Source: Pseudogymnoascus verrucosus (taxonomy: Eukaryota). Taken from it: a stretch of DNA of 64,000 bases. Shown piece by piece: positions 1 to 10,503 of the stretch. Position 1 is the stretch's first letter; each line of letters starts with the position of its first letter. The notes beneath the pieces are model-generated. The model was given only the letters and a program-made list of their open reading frames with translations. It made no database searches and had not been told where the DNA came from. The DNA lies in NCBI GenBank assembly GCA_001662655.1, contig KV460213.1; one strand, written 5' to 3'. The position numbers were made by a program, and so were the translations under genes.

Positions 1-852
1 TGCAGCTTGCTGCTCAATCCCCCCCATTGTGGCTAAAGGTTATCAACCACACGGCAAATATGAGACTATTGGCGGGCTAAAGACCTGTAAACTTAAGCCC
101 TTATAAGCACCCGGAAGACTGATGATTGACTCATTAATAGATGTCACTGGTTCGGAAACCGCTACAACTGGTATTCTCCTGATTTACGATATCTTTGGCT
201 TCGCCAGCCAAACTCTCCAGGGTGCCGACATTCTTGCCACTTCAGACAAACACCACGAATACAAGGTGTTTATACCTGACTTCTTACTCGGTGAGTACGC
301 GCAAAAAGAATGGTTTGCAGACGACGAAGGCAAGAAAGTGCACCTTCCAAACTGGCTTAAGTCCCATGGTCCTCCAACGGCGATCAAGCAGATGCCTGAC
401 ACCCTAAACTCTCTCAATAAATCATACAATAAGATTGATAAATGGGGATGTATCGGCGTAAGTCTCATTCGGCGTTCTTAATCCCACCTCGCGGTGTCAC
501 ATATGTTTCTAACGATTTCACGTAGTTTTGCTGGGGTGGCAAGGTCGCAACCCTGACGTCCAAAGAGGGCACGACTTGGAAGGCCGCCGCACAAGCTCAC
601 CCGGCGATGTTGAATCCCGACGACGCAACGAGCGTCGTAGTCCCTTTCCTGTCTATCGCATCTAAAGATGAGTCGGCTGAAGATCACGCGAAATTCGCAG
701 AAAATCTAAAAGTCGAGAAGCGTGTCGAGACCTTTGACGACCAGATACATGGTTTTATGACAGCTCGTGCGGATCTCGAGGCGGAGCGCAGCCGGGAGGA
801 GTACGAAAGGGGCTACAAAATGTTGCTTGAATTCTTCGCAGCATATTTGTGA
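1..852 (+). CDS. Dienelactone hydrolase family protein (5' end lies before the window); introns ~87-140 and 458-525
   Basis: The spliced product reads ACCSIPP...YETIGGLKTY-VTG...LIYDIFG...PDF...G-FCWGGK (nucleophile elbow formed across the intron)...AHPAM...QIHGFMTAR. Introns have canonical GT..AG ends. Confidence 0.9.
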
Positions 853-1478
853 GACTTCGATTGCGGGCATCTAGAAGTGCTTGGAAAAGCTGAAGCTTTA
901 AACCCTACGAAAATAATAGCTTCATATAAAATACTATTCAAACTGTCGAGCAATAATCCCCGTAGTCTACTGATCTTATGATCAATACCATGGAATCTGA
1001 ACTAAAACTGTTCAACGTGATATCATTAGAAAACCTTAAAAGAGAGAAGGCAAACTATGCAATGACTTACCAGCGCAGATGACTTCTATTATCTGGTCAC
1101 TACATGAAAATATATTGAGGAAGTATGGTTTTGGTATAGCATTTCGCCCTCGTCACTCCCAATAAGTCCTGACGCGATCACACGTCTAGCTAGTAGGGTC
1201 GTTACTGTACACTCGGATTTTAGCCTCTTTTAGATGCAATAGCCAAATAAGTGTGAACCACAAAGCGTCCACTTGTATTATGTCACCATTATCTCGTATT
1301 AGGAGGTGGTCTACACTCTGTGTAATCAGCAGAGGCAGTCTTTACCGTGACAGGTGAGTCGCAGGGTTTATCAGAATGCAAAGCTCAGTCAAAATGTCCT
1401 TCACAGACCGTATATTACATTTATAGCCCGTCTTTATTGTACTAAGTACCTAATACTGATGAGGATCATATAAGATGC

Positions 1479-2477
1479 TCAGACGTGTCGAAGTTCCGCA
1501 ATCGCTTCCGTGGTAGCTGGTTTAGCACGCTTAACGATGTCACCCTTGGCTTCGGCTTCATTGAACGTGAGAACTGTAATATGGGTGCTATTGTCTGTGA
1601 CATGGTCTGTGAAGGCAACTCCGTTTGGAATGCTGATGAAATCTCCTGGCTCAAGAGTGATAATTCCCCGCTGTGTGATCACAGTGCGCGTACCGGAAAT
1701 CTGGCATTGGATCTCTTCGGCTCGACGATGGCGTCGATACTTTGGAGTACCAGTTGATTTCGATAATTCTGTATGCCCGATCCAGACATGCTTTGACTTA
1801 TACTTCCATTCGATGTCCCCCTTCGATGCCTCCGTTGGTCGTAGGATAGATATGAGCTTGTCCTCAGGAAGACCCTTTGCATGATTTAGGAGTAGCGTCT
1901 CATCAACCTGGAAGGAAGCAATGTCACATTCTGGTCCGCCCAAACATTCCGTCATGACCTCAGCGACCACTTTGCTCTCCCATCCCTCAAATGGGGGAAT
2001 GGTATGGCTTGCCTTCTTCGCAAATGGTCCACACTCTGTCACAGAGGCAGGGATATAAAAGAGCAGATGAATTTCATTTCTTCCATAGTTATCATGTCCA
2101 ACACCAACTGGGATCCGTGAATAGTCTCCCGGTCTTATCTCGACGGTGCCATGTTCGGTCATAAGTGTGCGATCTCCAAAGATCTGGTAGGACACCTCGT
2201 CGACATCGGCATTACGGTGATAGAAGGGCTGTCGGAAGTTGCCCATCTGCTGCCATTCTAGTCGGATATGGTCACACTCATAGATGCCTCGCGGAGGTGA
2301 AAATCTGGCAGGGACGAATTCCACAGGGAAGTGGACGGCGCCGAGTAACTCGTGCTGTAAAAGTCGGATTGGACCAACTTGAGCTTTTCCAAAGAGCAAC
2401 TCCTCATCACGTTGGAGCTCGATCGGAGCTTCGTCCGCGATGGGATATGCGTCTAGATACTCGGTAACCACGCCCAT
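1479..2477 (-). CDS. Intronless bicupin, homogentisate 1,2-dioxygenase (HmgA)-like putative ring-cleavage dioxygenase
   Basis: 332 aa with two internally similar cupin repeats (FYHRNADVDE...TEHGTVEIRPGDYSRIPVGVGH and YRRHRRAEE...TQRGIITLEPGDFISIPNG). Candidate His/Glu/His metal ligands are in repeat 1. Confidence 0.7.
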   Translation of the reverse strand: MGVVTEYLDAYPIADEAPIELQRDEELLFGKAQVGPIRLLQHELLGAVHFPVEFVPARFSPPRGIYECDHIRLEWQQMGNFRQPFYHRNADVDEVSYQIFGDRTLMTEHGTVEIRPGDYSRIPVGVGHDNYGRNEIHLLFYIPASVTECGPFAKKASHTIPPFEGWESKVVAEVMTECLGGPECDIASFQVDETLLLNHAKGLPEDKLISILRPTEASKGDIEWKYKSKHVWIGHTELSKSTGTPKYRRHRRAEEIQCQISGTRTVITQRGIITLEPGDFISIPNGVAFTDHVTDNSTHITVLTFNEAEAKGDIVKRAKPATTEAIAELRHV

Positions 2478-2649
2478 GTTGATTTGATAATGGATGGCGA
2501 AACTGGGGCCCGCGTTTCAAGGGTGGCGGTTCGGAAGGTAGGGCTATAGAGATAGTGGGGCTCTTGCAATCAATTGTGCTTGATTACAGTCGGAGATAAG
2601 TTTGGTTTGGTTTGAGCCACATTTATTGTATTTGTAGGTGGACTTACTG

Positions 2650-2703
2650 ATTCGGCCTTCGGGGCTTCGGGAAGTGTTGACCGTTGACCCCGAAAGGCCG
2701 AAT
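2650..2703. promoter_or_regulatory. Near-perfect inverted repeat with CGG triplets in the divergent cupin/TAXI promoter (putative Zn2Cys6 site)
   Basis: ATTCGGCCTTCGGGG (2650-2664) pairs with CCCCGAAAGGCCGAAT (2688-2703), with a single 1-nt bulge. Confidence 0.5.
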
Positions 2704-2972
2704 TAACAAGTCGACCTCGCTGAACCCGCGCTTTTGCGGGCCGGGGATATAGCGGACGAGGGGTCCCACGATACTACTGGCATAGCTGCAAGGGCTTGTA
2801 TATTTAGCTATAGTCTAGCAGTTGATACCTTTTACCGTACGTCTTGTACATAACCATAACCAAACTGACTTGTTACATCAGCTCTCGGCTCTCATATTCG
2901 TCAAGGAACGATAGAAGGGATCCGATTAAGTCCCAAAACAAATGCAAAGGGGTGTCTTCAACTGGATTACTA

Positions 2973-3995
2973 ATGCCTTCCTCGCCAATCGTTGTGCCAG
3001 AGGTTGTTAGCAGCTCACAAAAGAATTCAGAACCCTCAATCGAACGCTCTATCACGTTACACTTCGTCGGAGACTGGGGGCAAGCCAATTTTCACCGTAT
3101 CTGCTCCTGGCTCACACAGGCATTCTGTGACCGGGCCGGTCCACGCAGTCGAGTAGGCATCTGGAGTATTCGCTCTGGAGGAATTGAGGCATTGTATCAA
3201 CTCCATGATGGCGAGGTTGATTTGTGCATTGCGACTCCAGCGGGGCTGATGGCAACCGCCAGGACTGGGACAGGTATTTTCGCCGCACATGGCCCAATGC
3301 CAGGTCTTAGGGCTTTAGCGGTGTTACCGCAACGGGATCGACTGATGCTAGCTGTGCATCCTAAATTCGGTGTCAAGACATGGGAAGATATACGTCGTGT
3401 GAAACCACCTCTCCGCCTAGCAACATCGATTGATGACGGGACGAATTTCATTGGTTATGTAGCCATGCGATTACTGAAAGCGCATGGGATCGACGAGGAG
3501 ACTTTGAAATCATGGGGTGGTTCTTTGGTCTTGAACCATAGACCAGAACATGCACTATTTTCCTTAAAAGCTGGTGAATCTGACGCAGTCTTACAAGAAG
3601 CTATCATGACCCCATGGTGGAGAGAAGCTATGGAAAAGCAGAAAATGGTCCCAATCCAAGCCGAGATGGAGGCTTTGAAGACGCTATCGGGTCAGCCTGG
3701 GTTTGAACCTGCTTCGATTCGAGGAGGCTTCTGGGATGGGGTCAATGAAGAAACTCTAGCAGTTGAATTTTCGGATTTCGTCGTCTTTGTACGCGACGAT
3801 ATGCCGGATGACGTTGCACATCTGCTCACCTGGTGCTTGGTCGAGACTAGAGCCGACATCGAGCGGCAGTACGCTCACATACCATCTGAGCGAAGCCCTC
3901 TGAGTTACCCTCTTATTCCTTCTAATATGGCTAAAACACCTGTTCCACTTCATCCTGGAGCAGAACGGTATTATGAGGAAGCAGGATATTTATAG
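2973..3995 (+). CDS. Intronless TAXI-family (TRAP-associated) solute-binding-protein homolog, no signal peptide
   Basis: First ATG is at 2973 (the track's 2844 start is TTG). PBP2-type features include GEVDLCIA, LRALAVL, GVKTWEDI and VFVRDDMPDDVAH, plus the TAXI C-terminal signature TPVPLHPGAERYYEEAG. Confidence 0.75.
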   Translation: MPSSPIVVPEVVSSSQKNSEPSIERSITLHFVGDWGQANFHRICSWLTQAFCDRAGPRSRVGIWSIRSGGIEALYQLHDGEVDLCIATPAGLMATARTGTGIFAAHGPMPGLRALAVLPQRDRLMLAVHPKFGVKTWEDIRRVKPPLRLATSIDDGTNFIGYVAMRLLKAHGIDEETLKSWGGSLVLNHRPEHALFSLKAGESDAVLQEAIMTPWWREAMEKQKMVPIQAEMEALKTLSGQPGFEPASIRGGFWDGVNEETLAVEFSDFVVFVRDDMPDDVAHLLTWCLVETRADIERQYAHIPSERSPLSYPLIPSNMAKTPVPLHPGAERYYEEAGYL

Positions 3996-4477
3996 TAGCG
4001 TTATCTGAATAACATGCCATATATCATCAAAATATGAAACATACTTGTAGAGACTCCTTGTGCACAGAACCTCTTCCTTTCCAGCTTGCTGAAAACTTGA
4101 CATTCTCCTAGATCAAGCTTGTAGATCTAATGCAAGTATTGCACCCATTCCGATTCATAAGCTTCAATGCCAAACTTTCTTCCAAGCAGCAAGTGCTATA
4201 TTTCTTTTCTCGGCCGATGCCATCCAAGCGAGCCCGTTGAAGAGATGTCTCTACTGCAGGTGACGAATTATCTTCTCATGGGTCAAGTTAAAGCCGATGC
4301 TTCCCCGATAACTTTAAGATCCCCACCTAATTAGTGCAATAAGCTCCATGCCGGTTGTCTCCCTTCCGACACACTTATTACAGTAGGTAACTTATCATGT
4401 ATGAATAGGTAAAAATTGAAAAGGGTACGAATGTCGTTTCCAATTCGCACTCAGTTAGTATCATATCAAAACCAACA

Positions 4478-5446
4478 ATGGCTGAGGTTTCTTTGTCCTT
4501 CGCATGCGGCCTTTACGACCGCGTTAACGCGCTCTATACGGGAGAAATAAAAGCAGCGGGAATCGACTTGGACTTCGTCGTAGTGAATCATCCACGGGTT
4601 CTCTTCGATAATCAGTCTAAATCTGGAGGGCCAGCATATGATTCCTCGGAGCTGTCTGCTTCGGAATATATAACGAGATATGCGGCTGGTGACCGGACAT
4701 GGGTCGCGATCCCGGTGTTCCCGTCGCGACTCTTCAGACACGGATTCATTGTGGTCAACACGAACAAGATCAAAACCCCACGTGATCTGAATGGAGCAAA
4801 GTTTGGCGTCCAGCTCTACACGATGACTGCTGCTGTTTGGATACGAGGTCTTTTGGAAGAAGAGTTGGGTGTCGACACTAATAGTATCGAGTGGATTGAG
4901 GGGTCACTCTCTTCAGCCACGTCTTATGGAAAGGCATCTGTGCTTCCAGGGGTTTCGATCGTCACAAACACTAGTGGCAAATCTCTGGATGAGCTGCTAG
5001 TAGAAGGATCCATCGATGCTGTGATTGGGGCCGAGACTCCTCCGAGTCTTGGAAAGGTGGCACATATCCAGCGCTTGTTTCCTGATGTAAAGAAGGAAGA
5101 GAAGCAATACTACTTAAAGCATGGTATATTTCCCATCATGCATCTAGTAGTCATCCAAAGAGACATCTGGGAGAAGAATAAGCATGTCGCCAAGAATCTG
5201 TTCGACGCTTTGAACGAGTCGAAAAACATCGCTCTGGACCGGATGCGCTTCTTGAGCGCGTTGCGGTATATGTTACCATGGCTCCCAACAGAGCTGGAGG
5301 AGATTAAGGAGGTCTTTGGTGATGATCCTTGGCCATATGGCCTAGAGGAAAACCGGAAAACTCTTGAGACACTAGTGAGGTATTTATTCAACCAGGGCTT
5401 GATTAAACAAAAGCCTTCATTAACAGAACTTTTTGTCCCTGTATAA
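4478..5446 (+). CDS. Intronless 4,5-dihydroxyphthalate decarboxylase-like protein (Pht5/OphC family)
   Basis: Family-typical motifs: LSFACGLYDR..AL..G, SELS.SEY, AIPVFPSRLFRH, YTMTAAVWIRGLL, GIFPIMHLVVI, DPWPYGLEENRKTLE, QGLI. Confidence 0.85.
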   Translation: MAEVSLSFACGLYDRVNALYTGEIKAAGIDLDFVVVNHPRVLFDNQSKSGGPAYDSSELSASEYITRYAAGDRTWVAIPVFPSRLFRHGFIVVNTNKIKTPRDLNGAKFGVQLYTMTAAVWIRGLLEEELGVDTNSIEWIEGSLSSATSYGKASVLPGVSIVTNTSGKSLDELLVEGSIDAVIGAETPPSLGKVAHIQRLFPDVKKEEKQYYLKHGIFPIMHLVVIQRDIWEKNKHVAKNLFDALNESKNIALDRMRFLSALRYMLPWLPTELEEIKEVFGDDPWPYGLEENRKTLETLVRYLFNQGLIKQKPSLTELFVPV

Positions 5447-6301
5447 TTATTCATATCGAGTGTAACCTATACATTATTAGTCCCAAAATAAACTCGTAAT
5501 CAACTGGAAGTGAAACATTGTGGTATTTCTTTAGTATACATTAACTAGTTACCTCATGAAGACCAAATATCAAAAGTAATATCAATGCTGAGGTAAAAAT
5601 CATATTCAACGTACTAGTACATTTTAGAGAAAGAGATTAAGAAGTTTTCGCAGCCATTAGCATCTATGTTTTGTTCCAATATATATATTGGTAAATCTAG
5701 CCCCTAAGTATACACCTTGAGGCAGAGAAGTAGCTTCTAGAGCTCGTAGAAAGAAAAGATGGTCTTCTTTATGTCTAACTGACTGAGGTGTATTCCAAAA
5801 ACAGAGAATATCACCCATCCAAGATCCATGACAATGATGAGAGCGGGAGGATCCCGAAAACAGCAGCAATACCGTTCATGTGGATCCACGGGACAATACC
5901 AAAGCTACTTTAAATACGATTAAATTCTTACCGCCGTGGAACATCTGCGGAACTAATTAGCTTTCGCCTAAAAAGAGAGGAGGGCACTTGTTGACTTACT
6001 CCCGTAATGCCCAACTTGTCGGTCCATGCTAGACCAAAGAGAGCAAAATCATTGTGACTTCAGCGACGTTGAGAGTCGCATGAAGTCACATGAGGAAAGG
6101 GGAATCTTAAAGGACTCGATACGACAGCTCTTAGCAAGCAATGGTTGCTTAGAGTCTAGGGTCAAGGCGACATGGAGCACTATAAAGGGGTTGTCTGGTA
6201 TTTGCGATATACATCCGATAGGTCACTAGGGAGTTGAATCCAAATATAAAAGCTCAAAAACATGACTTTATACATAGATATTTCAAAAATATCTAGCTAA
6301 T

Positions 6302-7423
6302 TCATGGATGAACCACACCCATCCACATAGGCGGAGACCGGTGCGTCACCGACAACACCACCTGCTTTAAATCACTCAGCGCAAATCGGTGACTAACCAA
6401 TTCATCCACGTTTAAGGTTCCGTCCGACAATTTATCTAGAACAAACTTTGTGTCACTCCTTGTATTTCCTCTTGTACCAACAATCTTCCAGCAGTGGACC
6501 ATTAAGGCCACCACAGGCAGCGGCAGCGAGGTGCCGTTTCCTCCCATGTGTACGAGATATCCGCCATAGCCCAATCCCCCCATGACTTGCCAGATATCGG
6601 TGCCAATGGAGGTGGGCATGTAGTCGATGATAGCGTCAGCTCCGGCAGGGGCGATTTCTCTTAGTCTGCGCACTAGGCTGTTTGTTATGGGCCAGTCGCC
6701 AAGTTCATCGAGCGCAATAACTTCTGTCGGGACCTTAGACAGCCTCTGAACGTCTTTGAGACGTTCAGCGGACCGGGCCACGAGGATGAGACGATCTATA
6801 GGGAAGAACTCGGCAAGCTTAAGAGTAGCCACCCCCATGGATCCTGTCGCTGCCGTAACAATGACGGTCGACCTGGGTTGGAGATCTGCACACTTGAGTG
6901 CTCGTACTGCGCATGCAAGGTCCTGCACCTTTGCAGCAACGTCGAAGCTCACATTTTCCGGAATGGTGTCAATCAGCCAGTATGGTGCTTTAACGTATTC
7001 TGCTAGCCCGCCGTTGTGGTACTTCTCAAACAGAGGCTGTTTCCCCTTTCCAAATCCGAGGAAGCCCATCATGGCCGCGTCGGGACACATCTGTTCCCGA
7101 TCGCTGACACAGAACTTGCACTGTCGGCAAGAGAGGTTGGGATGTAGTCGCACCCGGTCCCCCAGGCTAGCAGAGGAGACATCTTCACCTATGGCGACAA
7201 TAGTGCCTGCAACCTCGTGTCCAAGAACAGTGGGGGTGTGCTTATACCGTTGGGTTTCCACATTAGCAAATATCCCCAAGTTCAAACCAGCCGCAGCAAC
7301 TTTGATGAGAACATCCACAGGGCCAATTTCGGGAACGGGGATTGTATCTAGATGGACTTCCGTGGAGCCCTCATGCGCACGCGCGGCCAACATTGCCTTC
7401 GGAAGCTCTGTCGTGCTGAGCAT
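6302..7423 (-). CDS. Intronless medium-chain (zinc-type) dehydrogenase/reductase
   Basis: Has the GHEVAG motif, structural Zn site CRQCKFC..REQMC, GGLAEY and Rossmann AATGSMG. The usual catalytic Cys position reads GLNLG. Confidence 0.9.
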   Translation of the reverse strand: MLSTTELPKAMLAARAHEGSTEVHLDTIPVPEIGPVDVLIKVAAAGLNLGIFANVETQRYKHTPTVLGHEVAGTIVAIGEDVSSASLGDRVRLHPNLSCRQCKFCVSDREQMCPDAAMMGFLGFGKGKQPLFEKYHNGGLAEYVKAPYWLIDTIPENVSFDVAAKVQDLACAVRALKCADLQPRSTVIVTAATGSMGVATLKLAEFFPIDRLILVARSAERLKDVQRLSKVPTEVIALDELGDWPITNSLVRRLREIAPAGADAIIDYMPTSIGTDIWQVMGGLGYGGYLVHMGGNGTSLPLPVVALMVHCWKIVGTRGNTRSDTKFVLDKLSDGTLNVDELVSHRFALSDLKQVVLSVTHRSPPMWMGVVHP

Positions 7424-8089
7424 ATCAAAGTAATTTGTGTGTATTGTCGTTAGCTGTTTAGTGTTGGGCGAAGAAGAGATGAAAGAGCTTGGTTAGGCAT
7501 TAACACTGCCACTAGGCCGCTGAACCATAAGTAACAAAGGGGAGGGGTTAACACGGGGAGAACGGACGAGGTGGTGAGATCTGGATTCTGCGTCTAACAG
7601 TACCTTTCTCCACAATGTCGCTTGCATCCCTTATCGAAGGCATTTTGCACCAATCCCGCGGAAATTATTGAAGACTGAAAGGGCGAAGGTGATGTTGCGG
7701 CACGGTGCCACGGCTTTCCACCCGACCTATCCCCGGATCTTCAGGGGTGTCGACGTGGAGGTTGGATGGGGGATGGAAGCCCAGAGTCCAAACAAGCTTG
7801 GGTGGGGGGGTGGGCCGGAGGTGGAGGCGGAAAGTGGACACCAAGTCCTGTATGTACTGCACCATCTTAGGCTGAAGATCCTTTGTTCGGGCTTCGGATA
7901 ATGTGTCAAACGCGAGTGCAGAAGCATTCGGCACTCGCGTTAGTTGCCGCGTGGTGGATGGTACCGGGGAAATATAGGAGTAGAAAATGAAAAATACAAG
8001 GTTTTTCCAGCACCAAAGTCCTTCTGTCTCCGAATTACATATGTGTTCCGATCCCGCCGCCAAACAGAAGCACAAAGTGTTGATTGATC

Positions 8090-9855
8090 ATGCTACTCAA
8101 CAATTTGTTTCTGGCCGTCGACAATGGCAAGGTCGTAGTCTATGTGGCTGTTCTAATCATTACTGTACGTCACCACTGTGTGCCTCCTCAGCCACTTGTG
8201 GCTGATCAACTCTTCACCCCCAAGGTTGATTTAACTATATCTGTACTCATACACCAGCTAGATCATCCTTTACACTGTTTTCAGTAATCCCTTAGCTCGG
8301 CTACCGGGTCCTTGGTATACGAAATGGACGTCCATTGTCCTCAAGTATAATATTATTAAAGGAAATAGAGCCTTGTATGTCCACGACCTCCACAACAAAT
8401 ACGGTAAGCCCTCACGCAAACAATCAAACCACGTTAAATTATCCGTTTACGTTGCTAATCGATGAAGGTACGCTTGTTAGAGTCAGTCCGACGGAAGTCC
8501 ATGTTTCCGACGTCGCTGCAACAAAACAGATTCACAATGTCAAAAGTTCATTCAAAAAATCGTCTTGGTATAAGTCGTTCACGCCTCCGACGGTCCTGAA
8601 TGTGTTCAATACCAGCGACATTGAGCTTCACCGAAATCTTCGACGGCTGCTTTCATCGCCCATGTCAGAGTCGTCGCTGAAGCTTGTCGAAGTGTACATT
8701 CGCCGGAACATAGACCTAGCCGTCAAAGGAATTTCCGAGGAGATATCAGAACGAGGTGCTGCGGACGTTTTCAAGTGGTGGATGTTCATGGCGACAGATG
8801 TGATTGGGGAACTCAGTTTTGGTGAATCCTTCAAGATGCTGGAGTCTGGCAAGGTAAGTGCTAGTCCTTCCTATGAGGTTATGTAAAACCGTCGATCTAG
8901 CAGAACTTGTGTTAAAATAAATGTCCCAGAAAAACCAATACATTATTGATATCGAAACAAACGGGCTTGCCGGGGGTATTCGTGGCACCTTCCCATTTAT
9001 GGTAAAAGTGTCAAAAGTGATCCCAATCCCTATTTTCAAGGCGGCAGTTGAATCTGCGAAGCGCCTACGGCACTACGCGGAACAGTCAATTGAGCGATCG
9101 AAACGAGTGGCTGCGGAGGACGAGTCTTATCCCATGCTTCTTAAGAAACTGTTTCGCGCCGATGACAACGGACTGTCCGATAGGGACATTGTAAACAACG
9201 CAATGGCGTTCATCATCGCCGGAAGCGATACTACGGCTAACACCTTAACATACCTAACGTGGGCTTTGTGTAAACACCCTGAAGTAAGAGATGCCTTGGT
9301 AGAAGAGCTCCGCTCTCTACCAGAAGGGTTCAGCGAGCAAGATCTCCGTAGTCTGCCAAGGCTGAACAACGTTGTCAAAGAAACCTTGCGATTATACTGC
9401 GCTGCACCATCCGCCTTGCCCCGTATAGTGCCGGCAGAGGGCGTTGTGTTCTCTGGTCACAGATTGCCAGGAGGGACGACTGTATCTACGCAGGCCTACA
9501 CCTTACATCGCAATGCAGATATCTTCCCAGATCCAGAAACCTTCGATCCAAGCAGATGGACGGCGCCTACGAAGGACATGAAAGACGCATACATGCCTTT
9601 TGGCGGTGGGTCACGAGGTTGGTCTTCCCTGTTCTTATTGTTTTAGATTGATTCAGCGCGCTAACAGTTACAATTATAGTCTGCTTAGGACAGCACTTGG
9701 CTGAAATAGAGCTCCGCCTTGCCACTGCAGTTTTCTTCCGTGAGTTTCCTAGTGCTAAGGTTTCCACAATTGAGGGTATGAACGATGGGGATATGGATCC
9801 TCAGGTGTTTTTCTTGTTGTCGCCAAAGGGCAAGAGATGCCTAATTAGTGGATAA
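8090..9855 (+). CDS. Cytochrome P450, 5 exons (8090-8164, 8262-8403, 8468-8853, 8930-9617, 9680-9855)
   Basis: N-terminal TM helix, NPLARLPGPW, I-helix AGSDTT, K-helix ETLR, FDPSRW and heme motif FGGGSR-VCLG assembled across the last intron. All introns are GT..AG and keep the frame. Confidence 0.93.
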
Positions 9856-9999
9856 TGAATATTAGAGCGATGTACATAGAAAGAATGGGATGTATGTTAG
9901 AAATCTAAGTTTATAAATCGACTCTAGCGCTATCCTACAATATATCCCATTAATACCAATCAATTCATCCATGTATACCATTACACACACGCAGCCCCT

Positions 10000-10503
10000 T
10001 CACAACCCCTGTCCTAGCGCCGTCCAGGTCGCCGTGACCGCCGCAGAAGTCAACAACACAGACCTCCCTAAGTTCATCATCGCCCACTGATCCACTAGCT
10101 GCTTCACCGACGCCGCCTGCGCCTCCACCTTCTCCTCCTCCTCCTCCGCCTTACCTAACAACACGTTATTCGTGCCCATCATCACAGCCAGCGTATACGG
10201 AACAATTCCCACTGCTAACACCGCGGCAGTCACATATCCGCGCCAGGCGGTTGTGCCAGCGGCGCGGCTGTCGTAGGCGAGGTAGAGGAGCGAGGTGGCG
10301 GCGATGACCGTGCCGGCCGGGAGGGAGTCGTGGCCTGCGGTGTACATGTGCTTGAATTGCTTAAGGAGGAGGGGCGTGGGGGATTCGAGGATACGTGGGA
10401 CGGCGTATAGCGAGAAAGAGGCGGAGGTGCCGGCGAGGAAGGCGGTAGTTGTTAGGCCGATGGTCTGGAGGAGGCGGGCGGAGTTGGGGGTGAGAGCAGC
10501 CAT
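10000..10503 (-). CDS. DUF1772 / anthrone oxygenase family membrane protein
   Basis: ATG at 10503 (MAALTPNS). Four hydrophobic helices, IVPYTLAVMMGTNNVL and LVDQWAMMNLGRSVL are typical of DUF1772. Confidence 0.8.
   Translation of the reverse strand: MAALTPNSARLLQTIGLTTTAFLAGTSASFSLYAVPRILESPTPLLLKQFKHMYTAGHDSLPAGTVIAATSLLYLAYDSRAAGTTAWRGYVTAAVLAVGIVPYTLAVMMGTNNVLLGKAEEEEEKVEAQAASVKQLVDQWAMMNLGRSVLLTSAAVTATWTALGQGL

Noticed and set aside
2844..2972. TTG-initiated N-terminal extension of the TAXI ORF
   Set aside because: It is not a hydrophobic signal peptide and looks like 5' UTR. The ATG at 2973 is preferred.
1479..7423. Bacterial contamination as the source of the intronless genes
   Set aside because: The genes are flanked by intron-containing fungal genes, have long AT-rich eukaryote-like spacers and mixed orientation, and share promoter motifs with the P450. 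Read-level confirmation is still advisable.
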